Assembly (NCBI RefSeq): GCF_009914755.1
Contig: NC_060927.1
DNA: 64,000 bases
Reading direction: 5' to 3' (one strand)
From: the human T2T-CHM13v2.0 reference genome, Homo sapiens
Both the position numbers and the translations under genes were made by a program. How positions within the stretch are numbered: position 1 is the stretch's first letter; each line of letters begins with the position of its first letter. The notes beneath the pieces are model-generated. The model was not told the DNA's origin and searched no databases. It saw nothing but the letters and a program-made list of their open reading frames with translations. This document shows, one piece after another, positions 13,301 through 28,300 of this stretch.

Positions 13301-16300
13301 TCCTCAGAAAATTATTTGTGATATGTGCATTTAACTCATGGAGTTGAAACTTCCTTTCGATAGAAGAGTTTTGAAATACTCTTTTTGTAGAATTCCCAAG
13401 TGGATTTTTACAGCGGTTTGAGGTCTATGGCAGCAAAAGAAATATCTTCACAGAAAAACTAGGCAGATTCATTCTCCGAAGCTGTTTTGTGATGCTTGCA
13501 TTCAGCTGACAGAGTTTAAACTTCCTTTGATAGAGCAGTTCTGAAACACTCTTTTTGTGGAATTTGCAAATGTATATTTAGAGCGCTTTGAGGCCTACAG
13601 TAGGAAAGGAAATATCTTCACCTAAAAACTAGACAGAAGTATTGTCAGAAACTTATTTGTGATAGTTGCATTCAACGCACGGAGTTGAACATTCCTCTTG
13701 ATGGAGCCGTTTTGAAGCACTCTTTTTGTGGAATCTGCAAGTGGATATTTGGACCTCTTTGTGGCCTTCGTGTGAAACGTGATTTCTTCATTTACAACTA
13801 GACAGAAGAATTCTCAGAAACTTCTTTGTGATGTGTACTTTCAACTCACAGATTTGAAGCTTCCTTTCAATAGAGCACTTTTGAAACTCAGTTTCTGTAG
13901 AATTTCCAGGTGGATATTTAGCGCCGTTTGAGGCCTATGGTGGAAAAGGCAATATCTTCGTAGAAAAACTAGACAGAATGATTCTCAGAAACAACTTTGT
14001 GATGTGTGCGTTCAACTCACGGAGTTTAACCTTTCTTTTGATAGACCAGTTATGAAACACTCTTTTTGTAGAATCTGCAAGTAAATATTTGGACTTTTTT
14101 GAGGCCTTCATTGGAAACGGGATCTGTTCATATAAACCTTGACAGAAGAATTCCCAGAAACTTCTCTGTGATGTGTGCATTTAACTCTCAGAGTTCAACC
14201 TTCCCTTTGATAGAAGAGGGTTGAAATATTCTTTTTGTAGAATTTCCAAGTGAATATTTAGAGCGGTTTCAGGCCTAAGTAGAAGAGAACATATCTTCAC
14301 AGAAAAACTAGACATAATTGTTCTCTGAAGCTACTTTGTGATGTGCGCATTCAGCTTACAGAGTTTAACCTTTCTTTGGATCGAGCGGTTTTAAACACTC
14401 TTTTTGTGGAATTTGCAATTCTATATTTAGAGTGCTTTCAGGCCTGTGGTACAAAAGGGAATGTCCTCACATAAAATCTAGACAGAAGCATTGTCGGAAA
14501 CTACTTTGTGATACCTGCCTTCAACTCTCAGAGTTGAATGTTCCTCTTGATGGAGCAGTTTTGAAAAACTCTTTTTGTTGAATCTCCAAGTGGATATTTG
14601 GACCTCTTTGTGGCCTTCGTTTGAGACGTGACTTCTTCATACAAAAGTAGACAGAAGAATTCTCATCAACTTCTTCGTGATGTGTGCTTTCAACTCGCAG
14701 CGTTGAAGCTTCCTTTCGATAGAGCAGTTCTGTAACTCTCTTTTTGTAGAATTTCCAAGTGGATATTTAGCGCCGTTTAAGGCCAATGGTGGAAAAGGCA
14801 ATATCTTCATAGAAAAACTAGACAGAATGATTCTCAGAAACTACTTTGTGATGTGTGCCTTCAACTCACAGAGTTTAACCTTTCTTTTGATAGAGCAGTT
14901 TTGAAAAACTCTTTTTGTAGAATCTGCAAGTGTATATTGGGACTTTTCTGAGGCCATCTTTGGAAACGGGATTTCTTCAGATAAAACTTGAAAGAAGAAT
15001 CCTCAGAAAATAATTTGTGATATGTGCATTTAACTCATGGAGTTGAAACTTCCTTTCGATAGAAGAGTTTTGAAATACTCTTTTTGTAGAATTCCCAAGT
15101 AGATTTTTACAGCGGTTTGAGGTCTATGGCAGCAAAAGAAATATCTTCACAGAAAAACTAGGCAGATTCATTCTCCGAAGCTGTTTTGTGATGCTTGCAT
15201 TCAGCTGACAGAGTTTAAACTTCCTTTGACAGAGCAGTTTGGAAACACTCTTTTTGTGGAATATGCAAGTGTATATTTAGAGCGCTTTGAAGCCTACAGT
15301 AGGAAAGGAAATATCTTCACCTAAAAACTAGACAGAAGTATTGTCAGAAACTTATTTGTGATATTTGCATTCAACGCACGGAGTTGAACATTCCTCTTGA
15401 TGGAGCCGTTTTGAAGCACTCTTTTTGTGGAATCTGCAAGTGGATATTTGGACCTCTTTGTGGCCTTCGTGTGAAACGTGATTTCTTCATTTACAACTAG
15501 ACAGAAGAATTCTCAGAAACTTCTTTGTGATGTGTACTTTCAACTCACAGATTTGAAGCTTCCTTTCAATAGAGCACTTTTGAAACTCAGTTTCTGTAGA
15601 ATTTCCAGGTGGATATTTAGCGCCGTTTGAGGCCTATGGTGGAAAAGGCAATATCTTCGTAGAAAAACTAGACAGAATGATTCTCAGAAACAACTTTGTG
15701 ATGTGTGCGTTCAACTCACGGAGTTTAACCTTTCTTTTGATAGACCAGTTATGAAACACTCTTTTTGTAGAATCTGCAAGTAAATATTTGGACTTTTTTG
15801 AGGCCTTCATTGGAAACGGGATCTCTTCATATAAACCTTGACAGAAGAATTCCCAGAAACTTCTCTGTGATGTGTGCATTTAACTCTCAGAGTTCAACCT
15901 TCCCTTTGATAGAAGAGGCTTGAAATATTCTTTTTGTAGAATTTCCAAGTGAATATTTAGAGCGGTTTCAGGCCTAAGTAGAAGAGAAAATATCTTCACA
16001 GAAAAACTAGACATAATTGTTCTCTGAAGCTACTTTGTGATGTGCTCATTCAGCTTACAGAGTTTAACCTTTCTTTGGATCGAGCGGTTTTAAACACTCT
16101 TTTTGTGGAATTTGCAATTCTATATTTAGAGTGCTTTCAGGCCTGTGGTACAAAAGGGAATGTCCTCACATAAAATCTAGACAGAAGCATTGTCGGAAAC
16201 TACTTTGTGATACCTGCCTTCAACTCTCAGAGTTGAATGTTCCTCTTGATGGAGCAGTTTTGAAAAACTCTTTTTGTTGAATCTCCAAGTGGATATTTGG

Positions 16301-19300
16301 ACCTCTTTGTGGCCTTCGTTTGAGACATGACTTCTTCATACAAAAGTAGACAGAAGAATTCTCATCAACTTCTTCGTGATGTGTGCTTTCAACTCGCAGC
16401 GTTGAAGCTTCCTTTCGATAGAGCAGTTCTGTAACTCTCTTTTTGTAGAATTTCCAAGTGGATATTTAGCGCCGTTTGAGGCCAATGGTGGAAAAGGCAA
16501 TATCTTCATAGAAAAACTAGACAGAATGATTCTCAGAAACTACTTTGTGATGTGTGCCTTCAACTCACAGAGTTTAACCTTTCTTTTGATAGAGCAGTTT
16601 TGAAAAACTCTTTTTGTAGAATCTGCAAGTGTATATTGGGACTTTTCTGAGGCCATCTTTGGAAACGGGATTTCTTCAGATAAAACTTGAAAGAAGAATC
16701 CTCAGAAAATTATTTGTGATATGTGCATTTAACTCATGGAGTTGAAACTTCCTTTCGATAGAAGAGTTTTGAAATACTCTTTTTGTAGAATTCCCAAGTG
16801 GATTTTTACAGCGGTTTGAGGTCTATGGCAGCAAAAGAAATATCTTCACAGAAAAACTAGGCAGATTCATTCTCCGAAGCTGTTTTGTGATGCTTGCATT
16901 CAGCTGACAGAGTTTAAACTTCCTTTGATAGAGCAGTTTGGAAACACTCTTTTTGTGGAATTTGCAAGTGTATATTTAGAGCGTTTTGAGGCCTACAGTA
17001 GGAAAGGAAATATCTTCACCTAAAAACTAGACAGAAGTATTGTCAGAAACTTATTTGTGATATTTGCATTCAACGCACGGAGTTGAACATTCCTCTTGAT
17101 GGAGCCGTTTTGAAGCACTCTTTTTGTGGAATCTGCAAGTGGATATTTGGACCTCTTAGTGGCCTTCGTGTGAAACGTGATTTCTTCATTTACAACTAGA
17201 CAGAAGAATTCTCAGAAACTTCTTTGTGATGTGTACTTTCAACTCACAGAGTTGAAGCTTCTTTTCAATAGAGCACTTTTGAAACTCAGTTTCTGTAGAA
17301 TTTCCAGGTGGATATTTAGCGCCGTTTGAGGCCTATGGTGGAAAAGGCAATATCTTCGTAGAAAAAGTAGACAGAATGATTCTCAGAAACAACTTTGTGA
17401 TGTGTGCATTCAACTCACGGAGTTTAACCTTTCTTTTGATAGACCAGTTATGAAACACTCTTTTTGTAGAATCTGCAAGTAAATATTTGGACGTTTTTGA
17501 GGCCTTCATTGGAAACGGGATCTCTTCATATAAACCTTGACAGAAGAATTCCCAGAAACTTCTCTGTGATGTGTGCATTTAACTCTCAGAGTTCAACCTT
17601 CCTTTTGATAGAAGAGGGTTGAAATATTCTTTTTGTAGAATTTCCAAGTGAATATTTAGAGCGGTTTCAGGCCTAAGTGGAAGAGAAAATATCTTCACAG
17701 AAAAACTAGACATAATTGTTCTCTGAAGCTACTTTGTGATGTGCGCATTCAGCTTACAGAGTTTAACCTTTCTTTGGATCGAGCGGTTTTAAACACTCTT
17801 TTTGTGGAATTTGCAATTCTATATTTAGAGTGCTTTCAGGCCTGTGGTACAAAAGGGAATGTCCTCACATAAAATCTATACAGAAGCATTGTCGGAAACT
17901 ACTTTGTGATACCTGCCTTCAACTCTCAGAGTTGAATGTTCCTCTTGATGGAGCAGTTTTGAAAAACTCTTTTTGTTGAATCTCCAAGTGGATATTTGGA
18001 CCTCTTTGTGGCCTTCGTTTGAGACGTGACTTCTTCATACAAAAGTAGACAGAAGAATTCTCATCAACTTCTTCGTGATGTGTGCTTTCAACTCGCAGCG
18101 TTGAAGCTTCCTTTCGATAGAGCAGTTCTGTAACTCTCTTTTTGTAGAATTTCCAAGTGGATATTTAGCGCCGTTTGAGGCCAATGGTGGAAAAGGCAAT
18201 ATCTTCATAGAAAAACTAGACAGAATGATTCTCAGAAACTACTTTGTGATGTGTGCCTTCAACTCACAGAGTTTAACCTTTCTTTTGATAGAGCAGTTTT
18301 GAAAAACTCTTTTTGTAGAATCTGCAAGTGTATATTGGGACTTTTCTGAGGCCATCTTTGGAAATGGGATTTCTTCATATAAAACTTGAAAGAAGAATCC
18401 TCAGAAAATTATTTGTGATATGTGCATTTAACTCATGGAGTTGAAACTTCCTTTCGATAGAAGAGTTTTGAAATACTCTTTTTGTAGAATTCCCAAGTGG
18501 ATTTTTACAGCGGTTTGAGGTCTATGGCAGCAAAAGAAATATCTTCACAGAAAAACTAGGCAGATTCATTCTCCGAAGCTGTTTTGTGATGCTTGCATTA
18601 AGCTGACAGAGTTTAAACTTCCTTTGATAGAGCAGTTTGGAAACACTCTTTTTGTGGAATTTGCAAGTGTATATTTAGAGCGTTTTGAGGCCTACAGTAG
18701 GAAAGGAAATATCTTCACCTAAAAACTAGACAGAAGTATTGTCAGAAACCTATTTGTGATATTTCCATTCAACGCACGGAGTTGAACATTCCTCTTGATG
18801 GAGCCGTTTTGAAGCACTCTTTTTGTGGAATCTGCAAGTGGATATTTGGACCTCTTTGTGGCCTTCGTGTGAAACGTGATTTCTTCATTTACAACTAGAC
18901 AGAAGAATTCTCAGAAACTTCTTTGTGATGTGTACTTTCAACTCACAGAGTTGAAGCTTCCTTTCAATAGAGCACTTTTGAAACTCAGTTTCTGTAGAAT
19001 TTCCAGGTGGATATTTAGCGCCATTTGAGGCCTATGGTGGAAAAGGCAATATCTTCGTAGAAAAACTAGACAGAATGATTCTCAGAAACAACTTTGTGAT
19101 GTGTGCGTTCAACTCACGGAGTTTAACCTTTCTTTTGATAGACCAGTTATGAAACACTCTTTTTGTAGAATCTGCAAGTAAATATTTGGACTTTTTTGAG
19201 GCCTTCATTGGAAACGGGATCTCTTCATATAAACCTTGACAGAAGAATTCCCAGAAACTTCTCTGTGATGTGTGCATTTAACTCTCAGAGTTCAACCTTC

Positions 19301-22300
19301 CTTTTGATAGAAGAGGGTTGAAATATTCTTTTTGTAGAATTTCCAAGTGAATATTTAGAGCGGTTTCAGGCCTAAGTAGAAGAGAAAATATCTTCACAGA
19401 AAAACTAGACATAATTGTTCTCTGAAGCTACTTTGTGATGTGCGCATTCAGCTTACAGAGTTTAACCTTTCTTTGGATCGAGCGGTTTTAAACACTCTTT
19501 TTGTGGAATTTGCAATTCTATATTTAGAGTGCTTTCAGGCCTGTGGTACAAAAGGGAATGTCCTCACATAAAATCTAGACAGAAGCATTGTCGGAAACTA
19601 CTTTGTGATACTTGCCTTCAACTCTCAGAGTTGAATGTTCCTCTTGATGGAGCAGTTTTGAAAAACTCTTTTTGTTGAATCTCCAAGTGGATATTTGGAC
19701 CTCTTTGTGGCCTTCGTTTGAGACGTGACTTCTTCATACAAAAGTAGACAGAAGAATTCTCATCAACTTCTTCGTGATGTGTGCTTTCAACTCGCAGCGT
19801 TGAAGATTCCTTTCGATAGAGCAGTTCAGTAACTCTCTTTTTGTAGAATTTCCAAGTGGATATTTAGCGCCGTTTGAGGCCAATGGTGGAAAAGGCAATA
19901 TCTTCATAGAAAAACTAGACAGAATGATTCTCAGAAACTACTTTGTGATGTGTGCCTTCAACTCACAGAGTTTAACCTTTCTTTTGATAGAGCAGTTTTG
20001 AAAAACTCTTTTTGTAGAATCTGCAAGTGTATATTGGGACTTTTCTGAGGCCATCTTTGGAAACGGGATTTCTTCAGATAAAACTTGAAAGAAGAATCCT
20101 CAGAAAATTATTTGTGATATGTGCATTTAACTCATGGAGTTGAAACTTCCTTTCGATAGAAGAGTTTTGAAATACTCTTTTTGTAGAATTTCCAAGTGGA
20201 TTTTTACAGCGGTTTGAGGTCTATGGCAGCAAAAGAAATATCTTCACAGAAAAACTAGGCAGATTCATTCTCCGAAGCTGTTTTGTGATGCTTGCATTCA
20301 GCTGACAGAGTTTAAACTTCCTTTGATAGAGCAGTTTGGAAACACTCTTTTTGTGGAATTTGCAAGTGTATATTTAGAGCGTTTTGAGGCCTACAGTAGG
20401 AAAGGAAATATCTTCACCTAAAAACTAGACAGAAGTATTGTCAGAAACTTATTTGTGATATTTGCATTCAACGCACGGAGTTGAACATTCCTCTTGATGG
20501 AGCCGTTTTGAAGCACTCTTTTTGTGGAATCTGCAAGTGGATATTTGGACCTCTTTGTGGCCTTCGTGTGAAACGTGATTTCTTCATTTACAACTAGACA
20601 GAAGAATTCTCAGAAACTTCTTTGTGATGTGTACTTTCAACTCACAGAGTTGAAGCTTCCTTTCAATAGAGCACTTTTGAAACTCAGTTTCTGTAGAATT
20701 TCCAGGTGGATATTTAGCGCCGTTTGAGGCCTATGGTGGAAAAGGCAATATCTTCGTAGAAAAACTAGACAGAATGATTCTCAGAAACAACTTTGTGATG
20801 TGTGCGTTCAACTCACGGAGTTTAACCTTTCTTTTGATAGACCAGTTACGAAACACTCTTTTTGTAGAATCTGCAAGTAAATATTTGGACTTTTTTGAGG
20901 CCTTCATTGGAAACGGGATCTCTTCATATAAACCTTGACAGAAGAATTCCCAGAAACTTCTCTGTGATGTGTGCATTTAACTCTCAGAGTTCAACCTTCC
21001 TTTTGATAGAAGAGGGTTGAAATTTTCTTTTTGTAGAATTTCCAAGTGAATATTTAGAGCGGTTTCAGGCCTAAGTAGAAGAGAAAATATCGTCACAGAA
21101 AAACTAGACATAATTGTTCTCTGAAGCTACTTTGTGATGTGCGCATTCAGCTTACAGAGTTTAACCTTTCTTTGGATCGAGCGGTTTTAAACACTCTTTT
21201 TGTGGAATTTGCAATTCTATATTTAGAGTGCTTTCAGGCCTGTGGTACAAAAGGGAATGTCCTCACTTAAAATCAAGACAGAAGCATTGTCGGAAACTAC
21301 TTTGTGATACCTGCCTTCAACTCTCAGAGTTGAATGTTCCTCTTGATGGAGCAGTTTTGAAAAACTCTTTTTGTTGAATCTCCAAGTGGATATTTGGACC
21401 TCTTTGTGGCCTTCGTTTGAGACATGACTTCTTCATACAAAAGTAGACAGAAGAATTCACATCAACTTCTTCGTGATGTGTGCTTTCAACTCGCAGCGTT
21501 GAAGCTTCCTTTCGATAGAGCAGTTCTGTAACTCTCTTTTTGTAGAATTTCCAAGTGGATATTTAGCGCCGTTTGAGGCCGATGGTGGAAAAGGCAATAT
21601 CTTCATAAAAAAACTAGACAGAATGATTCTCAGAAACTACTTTGTGATGTGTGCCTTCAACTCACAGAGTTTAACCTTTCTTTTGATAGAGCAGTTTTGA
21701 AAAACTCTTTTTGTAGAATCTGCAAGTGTATATTGGGACTTTTCTGAGGCCATCTTTGGAAACGGGATTTCTTCAGATAAAACTTGAAAGAAGAATCCTC
21801 AGAAAATTATTTGTGATATGTGCATTTAACTCATGGAGTTGAAACTTCCTTTCGATAGAAGAGTTTTGAAATACTCTTTTTGTAGAATTCCCAAGTGGAT
21901 TTTTAGAGCGGTTTGAGGTCTATGGCAGCAAAAGAAATATCTTCACAGAAAAACTAGGCAGATTCATTCTCCGAAGCTGTTTTGTGATGCTTGCATTCAG
22001 CTGACAGAGTTTAAACTTCCTTTGATAGAGCAGTTTTGAAACACTCTTTTTGTGGAATTTGCAAGTGTATATTTAGAGCGTTTTGAGGCCTACAGTAGGA
22101 AAGGAAATATCTTCACCTAAAAACTAGACAGAAGTATTGTCAGAAACTTATTTGTGATATTTGCATTCAATGCACGGAGTTGAACATTCCTCTTGATGGA
22201 GCCGTTTTGAAGCACTCTTTTTGTGGAATCTGCAAGTGGATATTTGGACCTCTTTGTGGCCTTCGTGTGAAACGTGATTTCTTCATTTACAACTAGACAG

Positions 22301-25300
22301 AAGAATTATCAGAAACTTCTTTGTGATGTGTACTTTCAACTCACAGAGTTGAAGCTTCCTTTCAATAGAGCACTTTTGAAACTCAGTTTCTGTAGAATTT
22401 CCAGGTGGATATTTAGCGCCGTTTGAGGCCTATGGTGGAAAAGGCAATATCTTCGTAGAAAAACTAGACAGAATGATTCTCAGAAACAACTTTGTGATGT
22501 GTGCGTTCAACTCACGGAGTTTAACCTTTCTTTTGATAGACCAGTTATGAAACACTGTTTTTGTAGAATCTGCAAGTAAATATTTGGACTTTTTTGAGGC
22601 CTTCATTGGAAACGGGATCTCTTCATACAAACCTTGACAGAAGAATTCCCAGAAACTTCTCTGTGATGTGTGCATTTAACTCTCAGAGTTCAACCTTCCT
22701 TTTGATAGAAGAGGGTTGAAATTTTCTTTTTGTAGAATTTCCAAGTGAATATTTAGAGCGGTTTCAGGGCTAAGTAGAAGTGAAAGTATCTTCACAGAAA
22801 AACTAGACATAATTGTTCTCTGAAGCTACTTTGTGATGTGCGCATTCAGCTTACAGAGTTTAACCTTTCTTTGGATCGAGCGGTTTTAAACACTCTTTTT
22901 GTGGAATTTGCAATTCTATATTTAGAGTGCTTTCATGCCTGTGGTACGAAGGGAATGTCCTCACATAAAATCTAGACAGAAGCATTGTCGGAAACTACTT
23001 TGTGATACCTGCCTTCAACTCTCAGAGTTGAATGTTCCTCTTGATGGAGCAGTTTTGAAAAACTCTTTTTGTTGAATCTCCAAGTGGATATTTGGACCTC
23101 TTTAGGGCCTTCGTTTGAGACGTGACTTCTTCATACAAAAGTAGACAGAAGAATTCTCATCAACTTCTTCGTGATGTGTGCTTTCAACTCGCAGCGTTGA
23201 AGCTTCCTTTCGATAGAGCAGTTCTGTAACTCTCTTTTTGTAGAATTTCCAAGTGGATATTTAGCGCCGTTTGAGGCCAATGGTGGAAAAGGCAATATCT
23301 TCATAGAAAAACTAGACAGAATGATTCTCAGAAACTACTTTGTGATGTGTGCCTTCAACTCACAGAGTTTAACCTTTCTTTTGATAGAGCAGTTTTGAAA
23401 AACTCTTTTTGTAGAATCTGTAAGTGTATATTGGGACTTTTCTGAGGCCATCTTTGGAAACGGGATTTCTTCAGATAAAACTTGAAAGAAGAATCCTCAG
23501 AAAATTATTTGTGATATGTGCATTTAACTCATGGAGTTGAAACTTCCTTTCGATAGAAGAGTTTTGAAATACTCTTTTTGTAGAATTCCCAAGTGGATTT
23601 TTACAGCGGTTTGAGGTCTATGGCAGCAAAAGAAATATCTTCACAGAAAAACTAGGCAGATTCATTCTCCGAAGCTGTTTTGTGATGCTTGCATTCAGCT
23701 GACAGAGTTTAAACTTCCTTTGATAGAGCAGTTTTGAAACACTCTTTTTGTGGAATTTGCAAGTGTATATTTAGAGCGTTTTGAGGCCTACAGTAGGAAA
23801 GGAAATATCTTCACCTAAAAACTAGACAGAAGTATTGTCAGAAACTTATTTGTGATATTTGCATTCAACGCACGGAGTTGAACATTCCTCTTGATGGAGC
23901 CGTTTTGAAGCACTCTTTTTGTGGAATCTGCAAGTGGATATTTGGACCTCTTTGTGGCCTTCGTGTGAAACGTGATTTCTTCATTTACAACTAGACAGAA
24001 GAATTCTCAGAAACTTCTTTGTGATGTGTACTTTCAACTCACAGAGTTGAAGCTTCCTTTCAATAGAGCACTTTTGAAACTCAGTTTCTGTAGAATTTCC
24101 AGGTGGATATTTAGCGCCATTTGAGGCCTATGGTGGAAAAGGCAATATCTTCGTAGAAAAACTAGACAGAATGATTCTCAGAAACAACTTTGTGATGTGT
24201 GCGTTCAACTCACGGAGTTTAACCTTTCTTTTGATAGACCAGTTATGAAACACTCTTTTTGTAGAATCTGCAAGTAAATATTTGGACTTTTTTGAGGCCT
24301 TCATTGGAAACGGGATCTCTTCATATAAACCTTGACAGAAGAATTCCCAGAAACTTCTCTGTGATGTGTGCATTTAACTCTCAGAGTTCAACCTTCCTTT
24401 TGATAGAAGAGGGTTGAAATTTTCTTTTTGTAGAATTTCCAAGTGAATATTTAGAGCGGTTTCAGACCTAAGTAGAAGAGAAAATATCGTCACAGAAAAA
24501 CTAGACATAATTGTTCTCTAAAGCTACTTTGTGATGTGCGCATTCAGCTTACAGAGTTTAACCTTTCTTTGGATCGAGCGGTTTTAAACACTCTTTTTGT
24601 GGAATTTGCAATTCTATATTTAGAGTGCTTTCAGGCCTGTGGTACAAAAGGGAATGTCCTCACATAAAATCTAGACAGAAGCATTGTCGGAAACTACTTT
24701 GTGATACCTGCCTTCAACTCTCAGAGTTGAATGTTCCTCTTGATGGAGCAGTTTTGAAAAACTCTTTTTGTTGAATCTCCAAGTGGATATTTGGACCTCT
24801 TTGTGGCCTTCGTTTGAGACGTGACTTCTTCATACAAAAGTAGACAGAAGAATTCTCATCAACTTCTTCGTGATGTGTGCTTTCAACTCGCAGCGTTGAA
24901 GCTTCCTTTCGATAGAGCAGTTCTGTAACTCTCTTTTTGTAGAATTTCCAAGTGGATATTTAGCGCCGTTTGAGGCAATGGTGGAAAAGGCAATATCTTC
25001 ATAGAAATACTAGACAGAATGATTCTCAGAAACTACTTTGTGATGTGTGCCTTCAACTCACAGAGTTTAACCTTTCTTTTGATAGAGCAGTTTTGAAAAA
25101 CTCTTTTTGTAGAATCTGCAAGTGTATATTGGGACTTTTCTGAGGCCATCTTTGGAAACGGGATTTCTTCATATAAAACTTGAAAGAAGAATCCTCAGAA
25201 AATTATTTGTGATATGTGCATTTAACTCATGGAGTTGAAACTTCCTTTCGATAGAAGAGTTTTGAAATACTCTTTTTGTAGAATTCCCAAGTGGATTTTT

Positions 25301-28300
25301 ACAGCGGTTTGAGGTCTATGGCAGCAAAAGAAATATCTTCACAGAAAAACTAGGCAGATTCATTCTCCGAATCTGTTTTGTGATGCTTGCATTCAGCTGA
25401 CAGAGTTTAAACTTCCTTTGATAGAGCAGTTTTGAAACACTCTTTTTGTGGAATTTGCAAGTGTATATTTAGAGCATTTTGAGGCCTACAGTAGGAAAGG
25501 AAATATCTTCACCTAAAAACTAGACAGAAGTATTGTCAGAAACTTATTTGTGATATTTGCATTCAACGCACGGAGTTGAACATTCCTCTTGATGGAGCCG
25601 TTTTGAAGCACTCTTTTTGTGGAATCTGCAAGTGGATATTTGGACCTCTTTGTGGCCTTCGTGTGAAACGTGATTTCTTCATTTACAACTAGACAGAAGA
25701 ATTCTCAGAAACTTCTTTGTGATGTGTACTTTCAACTCACAGAGTTGAAGCTTCCTTTCAATAGAGCACTTTTGAAACTCAGTTTCTGTAGAATTTCCAG
25801 GTGGATATTTGGCGCCGTTTGAGGCCTATGGTGGAAAAGGCAATATCTTCGTAGAAAAACTAGACAGAATGATTCTCAGAAACAACTTTGTGATGTGTGC
25901 GTTCAACTCACGGAGTTTAACCTTTCTTTTGATAGACCAGTTATGAAACACTCTTTTTGTAGAATCTGCAAGTAAATATTTGGACTTTTTTGAGGCCTTC
26001 ATTGGAAACGGGATCTCTTCATATAAACCTTGACAGAAGAATTCCCAGAAACTTCTCTGTGATGTGTGCATTTAACTCTCAGAGTTCAACCTTCCTTTTG
26101 ATAGAAGAGGGTTGAAATTTTCTTTTTGTAGAATTTCCAAGTGAATATTTAGAGCGGTTTCAGACCTAAGTAGAAGAGAAAATATCGTCACAGAAAAACT
26201 AGACATAATTGTTCTCTAAAGCTACTTTGTGATGTGCGCATTCAGCTTACAGAGTTTAACCTTTCTTTGGATCGAGCGGTTTTAAACACTCTTTTTGTGG
26301 AATTTGCAATTCTATATTTAGAGTGCTTTCAGGCCTGTGGTACAAAAGGGAATGTCCTCACATAAAATCTAGACAGAAGCATTGTCGGAAACTACTTTGT
26401 GATACCTGCCTTCAACTCTCAGAGTTGAATGTTCCTCTTGATGGAGCAGTTTTGAAAAACTCTTTTTGTTGAATCTCCAAGTGGATATTTGGACCTCTTT
26501 GTGGCCTTCGTTTGAGACGTGACTTCTTCATACAAAAGTAGACAGAAGAATTCTCATCAACTTCTTCGTGATGTGTGCTTTCAACTCGCAGCGTTGAAGC
26601 TTCCTTTCGATAGAGCAGTTCTGTAACTCTCTTTTTGTAGAATTTCCAAGTGGATATTTAGCGCCGTTTGAGGCAATGGTGGAAAAGGCAATATCTTCAT
26701 AGAAATACTAGACAGAATGATTCTCAGAAACTACTTTGTGATGTGTGCCTTCAACTCACAGAGTTTAACCTTTCTTTTGATAGAGCAGTTTTGAAAAACT
26801 CTTTTTGTAGAATCTGCAAGTGTATATTGGGACTTTTCTGAGGCCATCTTTGGAAACGGGATTTCTTCATATAAAACTTGAAAGAAGAATCCTCAGAAAA
26901 TTATTTGTGATATGTGCATTTAACTCATGGAGTTGAAACTTCCTTTCGATAGAAGAGTTTTGAAATACTCTTTTTGTAGAATTCCCAAGTGGATTTTTAC
27001 AGCGGTTTGAGGTCTATGGCAGCAAAAGAAATATCTTCACAGAAAAACTAGGCAGATTCATTCTCCGAATCTGTTTTGTGATGCTTGCATTCAGCTGACA
27101 GAGTTTAAACTTCCTTTGATAGAGCAGTTTTGAAACACTCTTTTTGTGGAATTTGCAAGTGTATATTTAGAGCATTTTGAGGCCTACAGTAGGAAAGGAA
27201 ATATCTTCACCTAAAAACTAGACAGAAGTATTGTCAGAAACTTATTTGTGATATTTGCATTCAACGCACAGAGTTGAACATTCCTCTTGATGGAGCCGTT
27301 TTGAAGCACTCTTTTTGTGGAATCTGCAAGTGGATATTTGGACCTCTTTGTGGCCTTCGTGTGAAACGTGATTTCTTCATTTACAACTAGACAGAAGAAT
27401 TCTCAGAAACTTCTTTGTGATGTGTACTTTCAACTCACAGAGTTGAAGCTTCCTTTCAATAGAGCACTTTTGAAACTCAGTTTCTGTAGAATTTCCAGGT
27501 GGATATTTGGCGCCGTTTGAGGCCTATGGTGGAAAAGGCAATATCTTCGTAGAAAAACTAGACAGAATGATTCTCAGAAACAACTTTGTGATGTGTGCGT
27601 TTAACTAACGGAGTTTAACCTTTCTTTTGATAGACCAGTTATGAAACACTCTTTTTGTAGAATCTGCAAGTAAATATTTGGACTTTTTTGAGGCCTTCAT
27701 TGGAAATGGGATCTCCTCATATAAACCTTGACAGAAGAATTCCCAGAAACTTCTCTGTGATGTGTGCATTTAACTCTCAGAGTTCAACCTTCCTTTTGAT
27801 AGAAGAGGGTTGAAATTTTCTTTTTGTAGAATTTCCAAGTGAATATTTAGAGCGGTTTCAGGCCTAAGTAGAAGAGAAAATATCTTCACAGAAAAACTAG
27901 ACATAATTGTTCTCTGAAGCTACTTTGTGATGTGCGCATTCAGCTTACAGAGTTTAACCTTTCTTTGGATCGAGCGGTTTTAAACACTCTTTTTGTGGAA
28001 TTTGCAATTCTATATTTAGAGTGCTTTCAGGCCTGTGGTACAAAAGGGAATGTCCTCACATAAAATCTCGACAGAAGCATTGTCGGAATCTACTTTGTGA
28101 TACCTGCCTTCAACTCTCAGAGTTGAATGTTCCTCTTGATGGAGCAGTTTTGAAAAACTCTTTTTGTTGAATCTCCAAGTGGATATTTGGACCTCTTTGG
28201 GGCCTTCGTTTGAGACGTGACTTCTTCATACAAAAGTAGACAGAAGAATTCTCATCAACTTCTTCGTGATGTGTGCTTTCAACTCGCAGCGTTGAAGCTT

